Assembly: GCA_022709525.1 (NCBI GenBank)
Contig: JAKLIQ010000002.1
Coordinates: 262,003 to 326,002, forward strand
Length of the DNA: 64,000 bases
From: Candidatus Omnitrophota bacterium
GTDB taxonomy: Bacteria; Omnitrophota; Omnitrophia; Omnitrophales; Aquincolibacteriaceae
Direction of reading: 5' to 3'
Of this stretch, positions 18,837 through 27,521 are shown in pieces. The translations under genes and the position numbers were made by a program. The notes below the pieces were generated by a model that was given only the letters and a program-made list of their open reading frames with translations, was not told where the DNA came from and made no database searches. Position 1 is the first letter of the stretch, and each line of letters opens with the position of its first letter.

Positions 18837-19445
18837 CTAGAATTTTTCAAAAAGGATCAAATAACACGCCACCAGAACAAGGGTTACGGCGGAAAGACGG
18901 CTGATAAGAGAGTGGTTCTTTTCCGTCCATTGATCGAGCTTTTTGAGGAGAAAGAACGCCAGCGGGACAAACCAGAGCATCGCGCCGATCACAAACCCCC
19001 CGAGGAAAAGCTCCTTGAACCAAGGTTGGCGAGTCTCCGGAAAGCGGGCATGGAGAAAACCGATGATGGCGATCCACATTAAAAAAACAGCCGGGTTGGT
19101 GATCACGACCAGGAAACCGACCAGAAAATTCCGGGTCGGGTTCCGCTTGCTGACCTCTTCGTTCTTCGGGAGCGGTTTGCCGTGGGTCCAAAAAACGCGC
19201 GCCGCCAGGATCAAGAGTATCGAGATGCCGACCCATCGGATGATCCCCCACCATTCCGGATGCTCCAACAGCGGGCGGGTCCCTTTAAAACCGATCCAAA
19301 GAAAGATCATATCGGCCGTGACCGATCCGCATCCGACAAGAAAAGCCGCGATCTTTCCGCGCCGGAGCCCGCGATGGATCATAAGCAGGTCGATCTGCCA
19401 ACCGAAACAAGAAGCGAGAAAACCGGCCACCATACCCAACAACAT
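18837..19445 (-). CDS. LysE/RhtB-type small-molecule exporter (6-TM)
   Basis: About 200 aa with 6 TM segments and a RhtB-like FLVGFLVVITNPAVFLMW motif. Start placed at internal ATG 19445, which overlaps the pssA stop as TAATG. Confidence 0.5.
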   Translation of the reverse strand: MLLGMVAGFLASCFGWQIDLLMIHRGLRRGKIAAFLVGCGSVTADMIFLWIGFKGTRPLLEHPEWWGIIRWVGISILLILAARVFWTHGKPLPKNEEVSKRNPTRNFLVGFLVVITNPAVFLMWIAIIGFLHARFPETRQPWFKELFLGGFVIGAMLWFVPLAFFLLKKLDQWTEKNHSLISRLSAVTLVLVACYLILFEKF

Positions 19446-20194
19446 TACGCGCCTCCTTCTTGCGGCGGAGCGTCGTGATCCCCGTTCGGCAAGAACCGCT
19501 GCGAGGAGATGCAATAAAATGGCGAAAGCACGAGGAATGTCAGAAATACGGCCGCGATCGCGCTTTCGATATTAAGAAAGAAGAACATCGTCGCAAGAAC
19601 GACCACCTGGACAAAAAACAGCGTCCGCCAGGAACGGAATTTTATGGCGGAGATCTTAGGGTAAGGAATGTCGCTGATCATGAGAAATCCGAGAGCGGTC
19701 ATCAAGAATACGACGGTCACAAGAGAGAAAGACCGGTCGGTCCAGTGATTTTTATAGAGAGCCAGCATGGTCATCATAAGCGTCAAGGCCGCGGCGGGGG
19801 TCGGAAGCCCCTCAAAGCATCCGCCGTGAATGGGGTTGACGTTAAAACGCGCCAAACGGAAGATACCCGAGCAGAGATAGAACACCACGATCAGGAGGAA
19901 GACAAAAGAAACATTCAAAAAAAACACTTTCGAGACAAGCATGCAGGGCGCCACCACGAACGAAACGGCGTCGGCTAAGGAATCCAGTTCGCGCCCGAAT
20001 TGGGTCTCGTTGCCGAAGATCCGCGCGACGTGGCCGTCCAGGGAATCCAGGATCAAAGCAAGAAAAACCAGCCAGACCGCGTACTCATATTTTTCCTGGA
20101 CGCTCATCAGGATCGACATGAAGCCCGCGACGAGATTGAGCATGGTGATCATGTTCGGAAAAGCGGCAGTCGTGAAATAGAACCGGTTTTTCAT
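19445..20194 (-). CDS. pssA: CDP-diacylglycerol--serine O-phosphatidyltransferase (phosphatidylserine synthase, CDP-alcohol phosphatidyltransferase family)
   Basis: CDP-OH-P-transferase motif DSLDGHVARIFGNETQFGRELDSLADAVSF and multiple TM segments. 3-nt gap to psd. Confidence 0.85.
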   Translation of the reverse strand: MKNRFYFTTAAFPNMITMLNLVAGFMSILMSVQEKYEYAVWLVFLALILDSLDGHVARIFGNETQFGRELDSLADAVSFVVAPCMLVSKVFFLNVSFVFLLIVVFYLCSGIFRLARFNVNPIHGGCFEGLPTPAAALTLMMTMLALYKNHWTDRSFSLVTVVFLMTALGFLMISDIPYPKISAIKFRSWRTLFFVQVVVLATMFFFLNIESAIAAVFLTFLVLSPFYCISSQRFLPNGDHDAPPQEGGA

Positions 20195-20197
20195 CTT

Positions 20198-20845
20198 TCA
20201 GGCCTCATCGTTCCATTGGCCCAGGACCGTGATGCCGGCCGCAACATGCTGCTTGACCTTGATATCCGCCCGGAACATTTTCGCCGGAATAAAGATCTCG
20301 ACCCCGGACCCGTAGCAGATCATCCCGATCTTTTCGCCGCGGCCCGCGACCTGTCCGATCGTCACATCCGAATAAATGCGCCTCGCGATCGCGCCCGTCA
20401 TTTGGCGCACAAGAACGCGGCGCGCGTGGTTTTCGATCCCGACCCAATTGGATTCATTATGGTCAAAAGCTTCCTTCCGTAAGGCATTCAAAAATTTTCC
20501 TTTAACATAATGTTGGTATTTTACGATGCCGGCCAAAGGCGATCGCGTGACATGCACGTCAAAGATCGAAAGAAAAATGCGGATACGGACCGCCGGACCG
20601 CGGAGAAACCGGTCTTCAAAGACCTCATCGACCCCGAGGACTGTGCCGTCCGCGGGGGCCAACAGGCCTTGGGCTGCGGGCGGGTCGCGGCGCGGGTCGC
20701 GGAAGAAAGCTAAATGCGCGAAAAGAAGAAATCCTAGGGCCGGCAATCCGAATGGAACCGGCCAGACTCTCTCCAAAAGGATCAGAGCGCCGAGGAGGAG
20801 GACTCCCGGCCAAACGCGTTTATCGAAAGGGATCTTGGGTCTCAT
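20198..20845 (-). CDS. psd: phosphatidylserine decarboxylase (short, archaeal-type Psd family proenzyme)
   Basis: 215 aa PSD family with LGS-type self-cleavage-region context (MICYGSGVEIFIP). Its ATG overlaps the stop of the upstream radical-SAM gene as ATGA. Confidence 0.8.
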   Translation of the reverse strand: MRPKIPFDKRVWPGVLLLGALILLERVWPVPFGLPALGFLLFAHLAFFRDPRRDPPAAQGLLAPADGTVLGVDEVFEDRFLRGPAVRIRIFLSIFDVHVTRSPLAGIVKYQHYVKGKFLNALRKEAFDHNESNWVGIENHARRVLVRQMTGAIARRIYSDVTIGQVAGRGEKIGMICYGSGVEIFIPAKMFRADIKVKQHVAAGITVLGQWNDEA

Positions 20846-22461
20846 GGTGCGGCAATAACAGGGGTCTTTTCTTTGTTCTTCGGTTCAAGGTGCTCCGCCG
20901 AAGACCCGTTCGCGTCTTCAAAAGGCGGTTTTTTCGGATCTTGCCCTTCCGGAACCCCCTGAGTTTCGATGACGTATTGCCGAAAAGCGCGATGCGTCCC
21001 GATCCATCTGAAGAATTCCAGCCACTTCCCCATCGAGAACGGTCCGCCCTTGGCCACGCGCCAAAAGGTCCCGGCAAAAAACTTCATGCGCTCAAAATCC
21101 AGGGTCAGCAAATAATAAGCCAGCAATTTGAACAACAAAGAAATAAATTTAAAATCAAGCGACGCGCGCTTATGCTCGGGGTTGAGGTTCCTGAAACGGC
21201 TCAAAGCCGTTACCAAACGGTCGCCATAGGCATCATAACGATAGAGGCACCGGCTCAGCCAGTTATACCCTTGATGGATCTCCTGAAGGGTCATGTTTTT
21301 GGGGATAAAATTACAGTCGGAAGACCCATGCCCGTTCATTTCGGTCCATTCCAGATCCAGCATCCGCCCTTCCGCTTGAAGTCGTTTCATAAGAGGCGTA
21401 TTCGGAAGCGCCATCAGGGTCCCGCAGGTTGTGAACGGGATCCCGAGCTCCTGGAGGAAATCAAAGGTTTCCTTAAAAATACTCTTGTCGTCAGAGTCAA
21501 AACCCACGATCATCCCGGCTACAACGGTCAGGTGATAGGAGTGGATGCGCTTGATATCTTCCAGGACATTTTCCCGGGTGTTCTGCACCTTGCCGGATTC
21601 CAAAAGACTCGCCTTGCGGGGCGACTCGATCCCGATGAAAAGCGCGTAGAAATTGGCCGCCTGAAAAAGCTCCAGAAGGTCCGGATGATGCGCGACATTG
21701 ATGGTCAGCTCGCACGAGAATTCGATCGGATAACCGTTCTTTTTGGAATAATCCGCGAGCGCCTTGAGAAGTTCCCGGGCATAAGGGATATTGCCGATGA
21801 AATTCGCGTCACCAAAAACGATGTAGTGAGCGCCTTGTTTGACGCAGTGATCGACCTCGGCAAGGACTTGGGCGATCGTCTTGGTGCGCGGCACGCGGCC
21901 GTCCATGATGATAATGTCACAGAATTCGCAATTGTAGGGACAGCCGCGGCTTGTCTGAAGCGAGAACATATTGTAAAGATGTCCCCGGATGAGATCGTAG
22001 CGCGGCGCGGGACTTTGGCGGATATCCACTTTTCTTGGGGCCTTGTAGAGCTCGCGCGCCTTCCCAGCTTCAAAATCACGAAGGAATTCCGGCCAAATCT
22101 CTTCGGCTTCTCCGGCGATCCGGTGATCGCATTTACCCTCGAAGGATTCGGGAAAGAGACTGCAATAAGGGCCGCCGACCACCACTTTTTTGCCGCGCTT
22201 GCGGAATTCCGCGATGATCTCAAGCGCCCGGTGATATTGAACATTGAATGCGCTAACGGCAACGAGATCAGCGTCTGTTTCGAAATTGATCGCCTCCACA
22301 TTCTCATCGGCGATCTCGACGTTCCAGGAGGTGGGCGTGAGCGCGGCGACCGTGCAGATCCCCAGCGGGGTGGTGGAGAACTTCGTCCCCGTCAGGGATT
22401 GAAGTCCCTCGAACGACCAGATGGTCGGTTGAAATTTGGGATTAACAATGTAAACTTTCAA
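20842..22461 (-). CDS. class-B (B12-binding domain) radical SAM enzyme with C-terminal DUF4070
   Basis: N-terminal cobalamin-binding Rossmann-like domain (DLVAVSAFNVQYHRALEIIAEFRKRGKKVVVGG) and a radical-SAM cluster motif CPYNCEFC. Long C-terminal domain follows. Confidence 0.85.
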   Translation of the reverse strand: MKVYIVNPKFQPTIWSFEGLQSLTGTKFSTTPLGICTVAALTPTSWNVEIADENVEAINFETDADLVAVSAFNVQYHRALEIIAEFRKRGKKVVVGGPYCSLFPESFEGKCDHRIAGEAEEIWPEFLRDFEAGKARELYKAPRKVDIRQSPAPRYDLIRGHLYNMFSLQTSRGCPYNCEFCDIIIMDGRVPRTKTIAQVLAEVDHCVKQGAHYIVFGDANFIGNIPYARELLKALADYSKKNGYPIEFSCELTINVAHHPDLLELFQAANFYALFIGIESPRKASLLESGKVQNTRENVLEDIKRIHSYHLTVVAGMIVGFDSDDKSIFKETFDFLQELGIPFTTCGTLMALPNTPLMKRLQAEGRMLDLEWTEMNGHGSSDCNFIPKNMTLQEIHQGYNWLSRCLYRYDAYGDRLVTALSRFRNLNPEHKRASLDFKFISLLFKLLAYYLLTLDFERMKFFAGTFWRVAKGGPFSMGKWLEFFRWIGTHRAFRQYVIETQGVPEGQDPKKPPFEDANGSSAEHLEPKNKEKTPVIAAP

Positions 22462-22512
22462 GAAGGATCCGTTCTGTATTTTTTAAAAATCATGGTATCC
22501 ATGGGCGCACGT

Positions 22513-24603
22513 TTAATGTTTTCTCAAAAAGATCCCGGAGATCAGGATGGAAAGCAGGAACCGGACGAACAGGACCGATTCCTCGACCGTTGCAAAAAAA
22601 AGACGGATATAATTGATCCCCCAAATGTTCCCGCGTTTCCAGGCGCTCCCGACATTTTCCCAAAAATGCTGCAGAGGAGCGCGCGTAAAAGTCAGGCGGA
22701 GTGAAAAAATATTCCACTTGTCAAGCCAGAGCCGGAATCCGGAGGGGGTCCGGAACCGGTAGACGCCTTTTTTCTCAAGCGACGCGGCGGCCTTCCGGTA
22801 AAGATTTTGAAGTTCTGAAACGCGAAGGTCGCGCCATTCTTTGGCGCACTGGGTCAGACGAGCGATCTCGGCGATCACTTTTTGTTCCAGCGGCCCGCGG
22901 CGGCGCGTTGCGAGCCAGACCTCTTCAAGCTCCAGCGCCAGTTTCCACCGTCCCCTCATCGCTCGCAGGATGTCGGAACATCTTCGTTTGAAATAGGTCC
23001 AGCGATCCTCGATCGGATAACCCGAGCGACGCTCCAGGCGTCCTTTCAAGCGGAAAAACCCGCAGATCATCGGATGCCCGCCTTCCACGTCGATGGAATT
23101 CTTATACCACATGAAATTCGAAAAAATACCCCAGTAATTATCTCCCTTGAGGTCCCTTGCCAGGATCCGCCTCATATTTTCCGTGCTGTAAAAGGTCTGC
23201 CAGGCGGCTTCATAAGCGGCAAGCCATTCCCCGGGTTTCATTCGGGGATGGCGGTGAGTCTCATGGAATGTGTCGTAGTTATTAAGATCGGCGTCCAGCA
23301 GCATCCCTTTTTCTAAAGCATTTTTGTAATCCATGGAACCCGGGAGCGGCGTCATCATGAAAAATGACGCTTGCCCGGCGCCGAACGACATCAGTTTTTC
23401 AACATCCTGTCTGACCGACTCCGCGGTGTCCAGGGGAAATCCAATGATGTAGGCTAAGTGGCAAACGACATCCACTTCATGAAAGGAATCCACCAGTTTT
23501 TTAAAATTCTCGATATCGTTCTGGTTCTTCTTCGCCGCTTTGAGATTTTCCTGGTTCAAGCTTTCGATGCCGATAAAGACTTGGCGGCAGCCGGCTCGGG
23601 CGGCTTTTTCCACAAAATTAGGTACCGTGTGGGCCTGAGTGTCCAGCTGCATCATGAAATGGAACGGGATCCCCTCTTTTTCCTTCAATTCGATAAGCCG
23701 GTCCAGGATCGTTTCCCAGTTCTTGTGGCGGCAGAAATTATCATCGGTAAAAAAGTAATGCGAAATGTTGTGACGGCGATAATCCTCGCGGATCCTCTGG
23801 ATCAGGAGATCCACGTCGCGGAAGCGCATCTTACGGCCCTGAACATTGATCACGGTGCAGAAACTGCATCCGAAGGGACATCCGCGGCCGCAATCAAGCG
23901 TCCCGAAGTGTTCAAGCGCGTAATGCTTCTGGTGTTTGGGGTTGATCCTCGGGAACGGGGCCTTGGAAATATCCGGGATATCGTTCAGGAAATTATAAAC
24001 GGGGCGGAGGCGGCCTTGCATCGCGTCACGAAGCAATCGCTCCCAGTGACCGCCCTCGGCCTCGCCGGCCACAAGGATCACGCCGGCGTTCTTGAGCGTC
24101 ACAAGTTCCGGGGAAAGATCCGGCAAGGTCGCCATGATGCCGCTGACATGAAACCCTCCGATCAGGACATCGATCCCCGCTTTTCGAAATTTTATCGCGA
24201 TATCGGAGGCGCGCGGAAATTGATTGGACTGGACCCCGACCAGACAGATCACGGTCTTGGTTCCGGCTTGGCGATCCTTCCGGGCGATCTTCCGGTAAGG
24301 GATCTTTTGGACCGTATCATCGATGAGCGTGATATCCCATGCCAGGTCCTTCCCCAGGACCTCGCGCTCACGGACATCCTCACTAAGACCGTTCAGGCAG
24401 GAAAGCGTATTGCTTGGCAGAACGCCCTTCCAGTAACGGATCAAATAGCCCTCGTCATCGTACTTGGAGGGCTTGATCAGATAAAGGCAGAGGCGCTTGT
24501 ATTTGTGAGAACAAGTTCCGGCAGGCCCTTCGCCTTGAGCTTCAAAAGAGGCTCCCGAGGCGCGGCCCAATTCAGAGGTTATGGGATTTTCTCGAATTTG
24601 CAT
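22513..24603 (-). CDS. class-B (B12-binding domain) radical SAM enzyme, long form (~696 aa)
   Basis: B12-binding domain (TKTVICLVGVQSNQFPRASDIAIKFRKAGIDVLIGG), a radical-SAM motif CGRGCPFGCSFC, and a ~250-aa C-terminal extension. The first ~35 residues look non-conserved, so the true start may be internal or non-ATG. Confidence 0.85.
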   Translation of the reverse strand: MQIRENPITSELGRASGASFEAQGEGPAGTCSHKYKRLCLYLIKPSKYDDEGYLIRYWKGVLPSNTLSCLNGLSEDVREREVLGKDLAWDITLIDDTVQKIPYRKIARKDRQAGTKTVICLVGVQSNQFPRASDIAIKFRKAGIDVLIGGFHVSGIMATLPDLSPELVTLKNAGVILVAGEAEGGHWERLLRDAMQGRLRPVYNFLNDIPDISKAPFPRINPKHQKHYALEHFGTLDCGRGCPFGCSFCTVINVQGRKMRFRDVDLLIQRIREDYRRHNISHYFFTDDNFCRHKNWETILDRLIELKEKEGIPFHFMMQLDTQAHTVPNFVEKAARAGCRQVFIGIESLNQENLKAAKKNQNDIENFKKLVDSFHEVDVVCHLAYIIGFPLDTAESVRQDVEKLMSFGAGQASFFMMTPLPGSMDYKNALEKGMLLDADLNNYDTFHETHRHPRMKPGEWLAAYEAAWQTFYSTENMRRILARDLKGDNYWGIFSNFMWYKNSIDVEGGHPMICGFFRLKGRLERRSGYPIEDRWTYFKRRCSDILRAMRGRWKLALELEEVWLATRRRGPLEQKVIAEIARLTQCAKEWRDLRVSELQNLYRKAAASLEKKGVYRFRTPSGFRLWLDKWNIFSLRLTFTRAPLQHFWENVGSAWKRGNIWGINYIRLFFATVEESVLFVRFLLSILISGIFLRKH

Positions 24604-24610
24604 GGGGACG

Positions 24611-24732
24611 GATTATAACCCAATTCCCCACCAACTCCTAGAAATGGTTTCCACCGCACGCCGTACGTGGTAGGTGGTAGGCAGTAGGTCATTTCAATCA
24701 ACCCACCACATACGACTTACCACATACTGTTC
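24611..24732 (-). promoter_or_regulatory. intergenic region with short direct repeats and a -10-like box upstream of the long radical-SAM gene
   Basis: Minus-strand reading shows GTATGTGGT twice (5-nt spacer), CCTAC three times, and TTATAAT 8 nt before the ATG. Confidence 0.3.
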
Positions 24733-25254
24733 CTAAAATTCGACCCCGGGTTGGGCCGGAACACCGCGATCAAAAGGATGCTTCACGCATCTCATTTCGG
24801 TGACAAGATCGGCGGCTTTAAGAAGGGCCTTGGGAGCGCCGCGGCCTGTCAGGATCACATGCTTCGTTTTAGGTCTTCGCCGAAGCGTCCGGATCACGCC
24901 CGGGATGTTCAGGAATTTATATTTAAGGGCAATGTTGATCTCATCAAGGATCACGAGCGCGTACCGGGGATCGCGCAGCAGCTGAACGCATTTTTTCCAG
25001 GCATCCCGCGCGGCTTTGAGATTTTCTTTCCGCGAAGTTTGCCAGGTAAATCCGCCGCCGAAACTCCAAACCTTGAATTGAGTATGCGGCAACATGTGGC
25101 GGCTTGGCGCTTTAAAAAATTGCACCATCGCGACGCGTTTGCCGTGTTTGATCATACGGACGGCCGATCCTACGGCGGCGGTTGTTTTCCCCTTCCCATT
25201 ACCGGTAAAAACCAGGATCAATCCTTGTTCCCGCTTCGCTTGCCGTATTTTCAT
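24733..25254 (-). CDS. cobA: cob(I)yrinic acid a,c-diamide / cob(I)alamin adenosyltransferase (CobA/BtuR/CobO family)
   Basis: Near-colinear with E. coli BtuR: ILVFTGNGKGKTTAA...VQF.K...L...FTW...DE......L....VI.TGRG. 5-nt gap after the TonB-dependent receptor. Confidence 0.85.
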   Translation of the reverse strand: MKIRQAKREQGLILVFTGNGKGKTTAAVGSAVRMIKHGKRVAMVQFFKAPSRHMLPHTQFKVWSFGGGFTWQTSRKENLKAARDAWKKCVQLLRDPRYALVILDEINIALKYKFLNIPGVIRTLRRRPKTKHVILTGRGAPKALLKAADLVTEMRCVKHPFDRGVPAQPGVEF

Positions 25255-25259
25255 TTCTG

Positions 25260-27350
25260 TTAATACTCCAATGAAAGACCGGACACGAATCCGCGCCCTT
25301 GAGCCGGATAATATCCTACCTGATTTGTACCGGAACTGTAACCGGCATATTCGGAATATTTCATATCAAAAAGGTTCGTCAATGACGCCCACGCCGTTAC
25401 CCAACGCCAGTGGTAACGGGCCTTAAGGTCCACGGTCGTATAGGCCTTAACTTTGGCGGCGTTATTGGTCGGATCGCTAATGGCGAAACGGCTGCTTAAG
25501 TGATTCAATTCCGCGGAAACCGTGAACCCCTTGACCGGCTCGGCGACGAATCCTGTCGCGTATTTGAATTCCGGCACGAAAGGAATGATCTTATTGGCGT
25601 AATCCCCGCCTTTAAAGTAGGGCTTTTGGACCGTCAGGTTGAAAAACGGTTTGATGTTGAACCAGCGTTTTTCAAAAAGCTTCAAGGAGGATTCCATTTC
25701 AAAGCCGTAGCGGCGCGTCGGAGAAATATAGTTGGAGTTCGCGAAGGTAAGCGGGTCGTAATAAAGCTCATCTTTGATGTCCGCTAAGAAAACATTCATG
25801 GCGACTTGAAGGGGTTTGTAGGTGTTATCACGAATGCCTAACTCATAATTCATTTCCTGTTGCTGCTTGAGTCCCGAATTCAGACCACCCGCCACCGGGC
25901 CCGTCCAGGAGATATAGGTATTCTGGTAGAATTCTTCGGTGGTCGGCGTTCGGAAAGAACGCGAAATATCAAAATAAGCGATAGAACGTTCGTTGTAACG
26001 GAACCCGATCCCGAAATCGAACGCCGGATCGCGCATGCTCGCCGTGTCGCGATTGGTCAGAGCGGCGGTCTGATTGAACCAGTAATTGGTCCATGCCCCT
26101 CGGAACCCGAGATTCAGAAGAAGTTTGTCCCAGAAAGTCAGGGTTTCGAGGATATAAACGCCGAGCGATTTTTTGGTGATATGAACTTCATCCTGGCCGG
26201 GCGCGCGATTGCCGCTCCGGATGCTGTCTTGGGCCGAAAAAAGATCGATCCCGGTCGTCATCTTGCTTGCCAGCCAATCCGTCAGGCGATACGTCCACTG
26301 GATCTTGGGCTGGAATTCATAAGTATCGATATGATGGATCGTTTCCCAATCGCCCCACGTGGATACAGAACTCCCTTTGCTTTGCCGGCGCCGGAATGAA
26401 TTGAACGCGGAAAGTTCAAAACCGTTCTTTCCAAGTTCAAAGCTCCACTTAGGGTCCGCGGTAAAAAAAGTCTCCTCGGTCCAGCCGCGGTCCTGCGAAT
26501 GCGTGCTGCCCCTGCGACCGATCGATTCAATGTCGTTCATAAAAAGCGCGCCGGGCATACCGTAGCGGTCTTTGTGAAAACCCGCTGTGAGATCCAGTCC
26601 CGCGCCATAAAAGGGCCCGACCCCGAGCTTGCCGAACCAGTCATTGGCCCAATAATCCGTATTGGTGCGCCAGCCGCCGTCCTGCGTATTTTCAAAATGA
26701 AAAGAGCCGCGGGCCCAATCGGTCGCCGCGGACACGGTCCCGCCGTTACGTTTATATTTATGGAGACCGATCTCGGTCTCGGCCTTTGCGTGGATCCCCG
26801 GTTCGATTTTTTTTGTGACGATATTGATCACGCCGCCCGCAGCGTTGTCGCCATATAGCACGGCAGAAGGACCGCGAATGATCTCGATGCGGTCAATGAT
26901 CGAGAGCGGAATCGCCGCCCAATCGGTGCCGGAAAGATCGATCTGATTGGTCCGGCGCCCGTCCACAAGAACAAGCACGTTCGTCCGGCCCGATTCCCCA
27001 AACCCGCGAATGTCGACCGACATGCCTTTGGGATTATCCTCCGTTTTGGTAACGACGATCCCCGCTTTAGATTTCAAAAGGTCGGGCACATAAAGCGCGG
27101 TGGAATTTTGGATCTCCTCCTGATCGATCACGGAGATGCTGCGGGTAATGTAAGAGCTTGAGTCGTCGGAACGGGTCACTTCCAGATGGATCGTATCCTG
27201 CGGGGTTTTTCCTTCTTCGACTTTCTTGGAAGTGTCCTGCGAAGATCCGTTCTCGGCGACCGGTTCCGGTGTTTCTATTTTTGGTTTTTGGGCCCAAACG
27301 GACGGGCTTAGAAAAAAACAAAGGATGCAAACTAAGAAAATCTTTTTCAT
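25260..27350 (-). CDS. TonB-dependent outer-membrane receptor (BtuB-like corrinoid receptor candidate)
   Basis: Signal peptide, a plug domain (IVVTKTEDNPKGMSVDIRGFG..NVLVLVDGRR) and a C-terminal beta-barrel. It is preceded by a cobalamin riboswitch. Confidence 0.8.
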   Translation of the reverse strand: MKKIFLVCILCFFLSPSVWAQKPKIETPEPVAENGSSQDTSKKVEEGKTPQDTIHLEVTRSDDSSSYITRSISVIDQEEIQNSTALYVPDLLKSKAGIVVTKTEDNPKGMSVDIRGFGESGRTNVLVLVDGRRTNQIDLSGTDWAAIPLSIIDRIEIIRGPSAVLYGDNAAGGVINIVTKKIEPGIHAKAETEIGLHKYKRNGGTVSAATDWARGSFHFENTQDGGWRTNTDYWANDWFGKLGVGPFYGAGLDLTAGFHKDRYGMPGALFMNDIESIGRRGSTHSQDRGWTEETFFTADPKWSFELGKNGFELSAFNSFRRRQSKGSSVSTWGDWETIHHIDTYEFQPKIQWTYRLTDWLASKMTTGIDLFSAQDSIRSGNRAPGQDEVHITKKSLGVYILETLTFWDKLLLNLGFRGAWTNYWFNQTAALTNRDTASMRDPAFDFGIGFRYNERSIAYFDISRSFRTPTTEEFYQNTYISWTGPVAGGLNSGLKQQQEMNYELGIRDNTYKPLQVAMNVFLADIKDELYYDPLTFANSNYISPTRRYGFEMESSLKLFEKRWFNIKPFFNLTVQKPYFKGGDYANKIIPFVPEFKYATGFVAEPVKGFTVSAELNHLSSRFAISDPTNNAAKVKAYTTVDLKARYHWRWVTAWASLTNLFDMKYSEYAGYSSGTNQVGYYPAQGRGFVSGLSLEY

Positions 27351-27397
27351 TTTTTACCTTTCACGCGAAGGAAAACCCGGCCGTTGTCTCCTGGCTC

Positions 27398-27520
27398 TTG
27401 GCAACCTACTCTCCGGCCTTCCCGCCTTTTTCAGGCAGTGGCCTCAAGGATTTCGTTCCAAGTTACAGTTGCGCGGCAGCAACGGATTTGCACCGTTTTC
27501 CGAAAACCGTCCGGATCCGC
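27398..27520 (-). promoter_or_regulatory. cobalamin (B12) riboswitch upstream of the TonB-dependent receptor
   Basis: Minus-strand RNA reads GGUGCAAAUCCGUUGCUGCCGCGCAACUGUAA...GAGGCCACUGCCUGAAAAAGGCGGGAAGGCCGGAG. This matches the conserved GGUGC, AAUCC, GCCACUG (B12 box) and GGGAAGGCCGG elements. Confidence 0.75.
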
Positions 27521-27521
27521 T

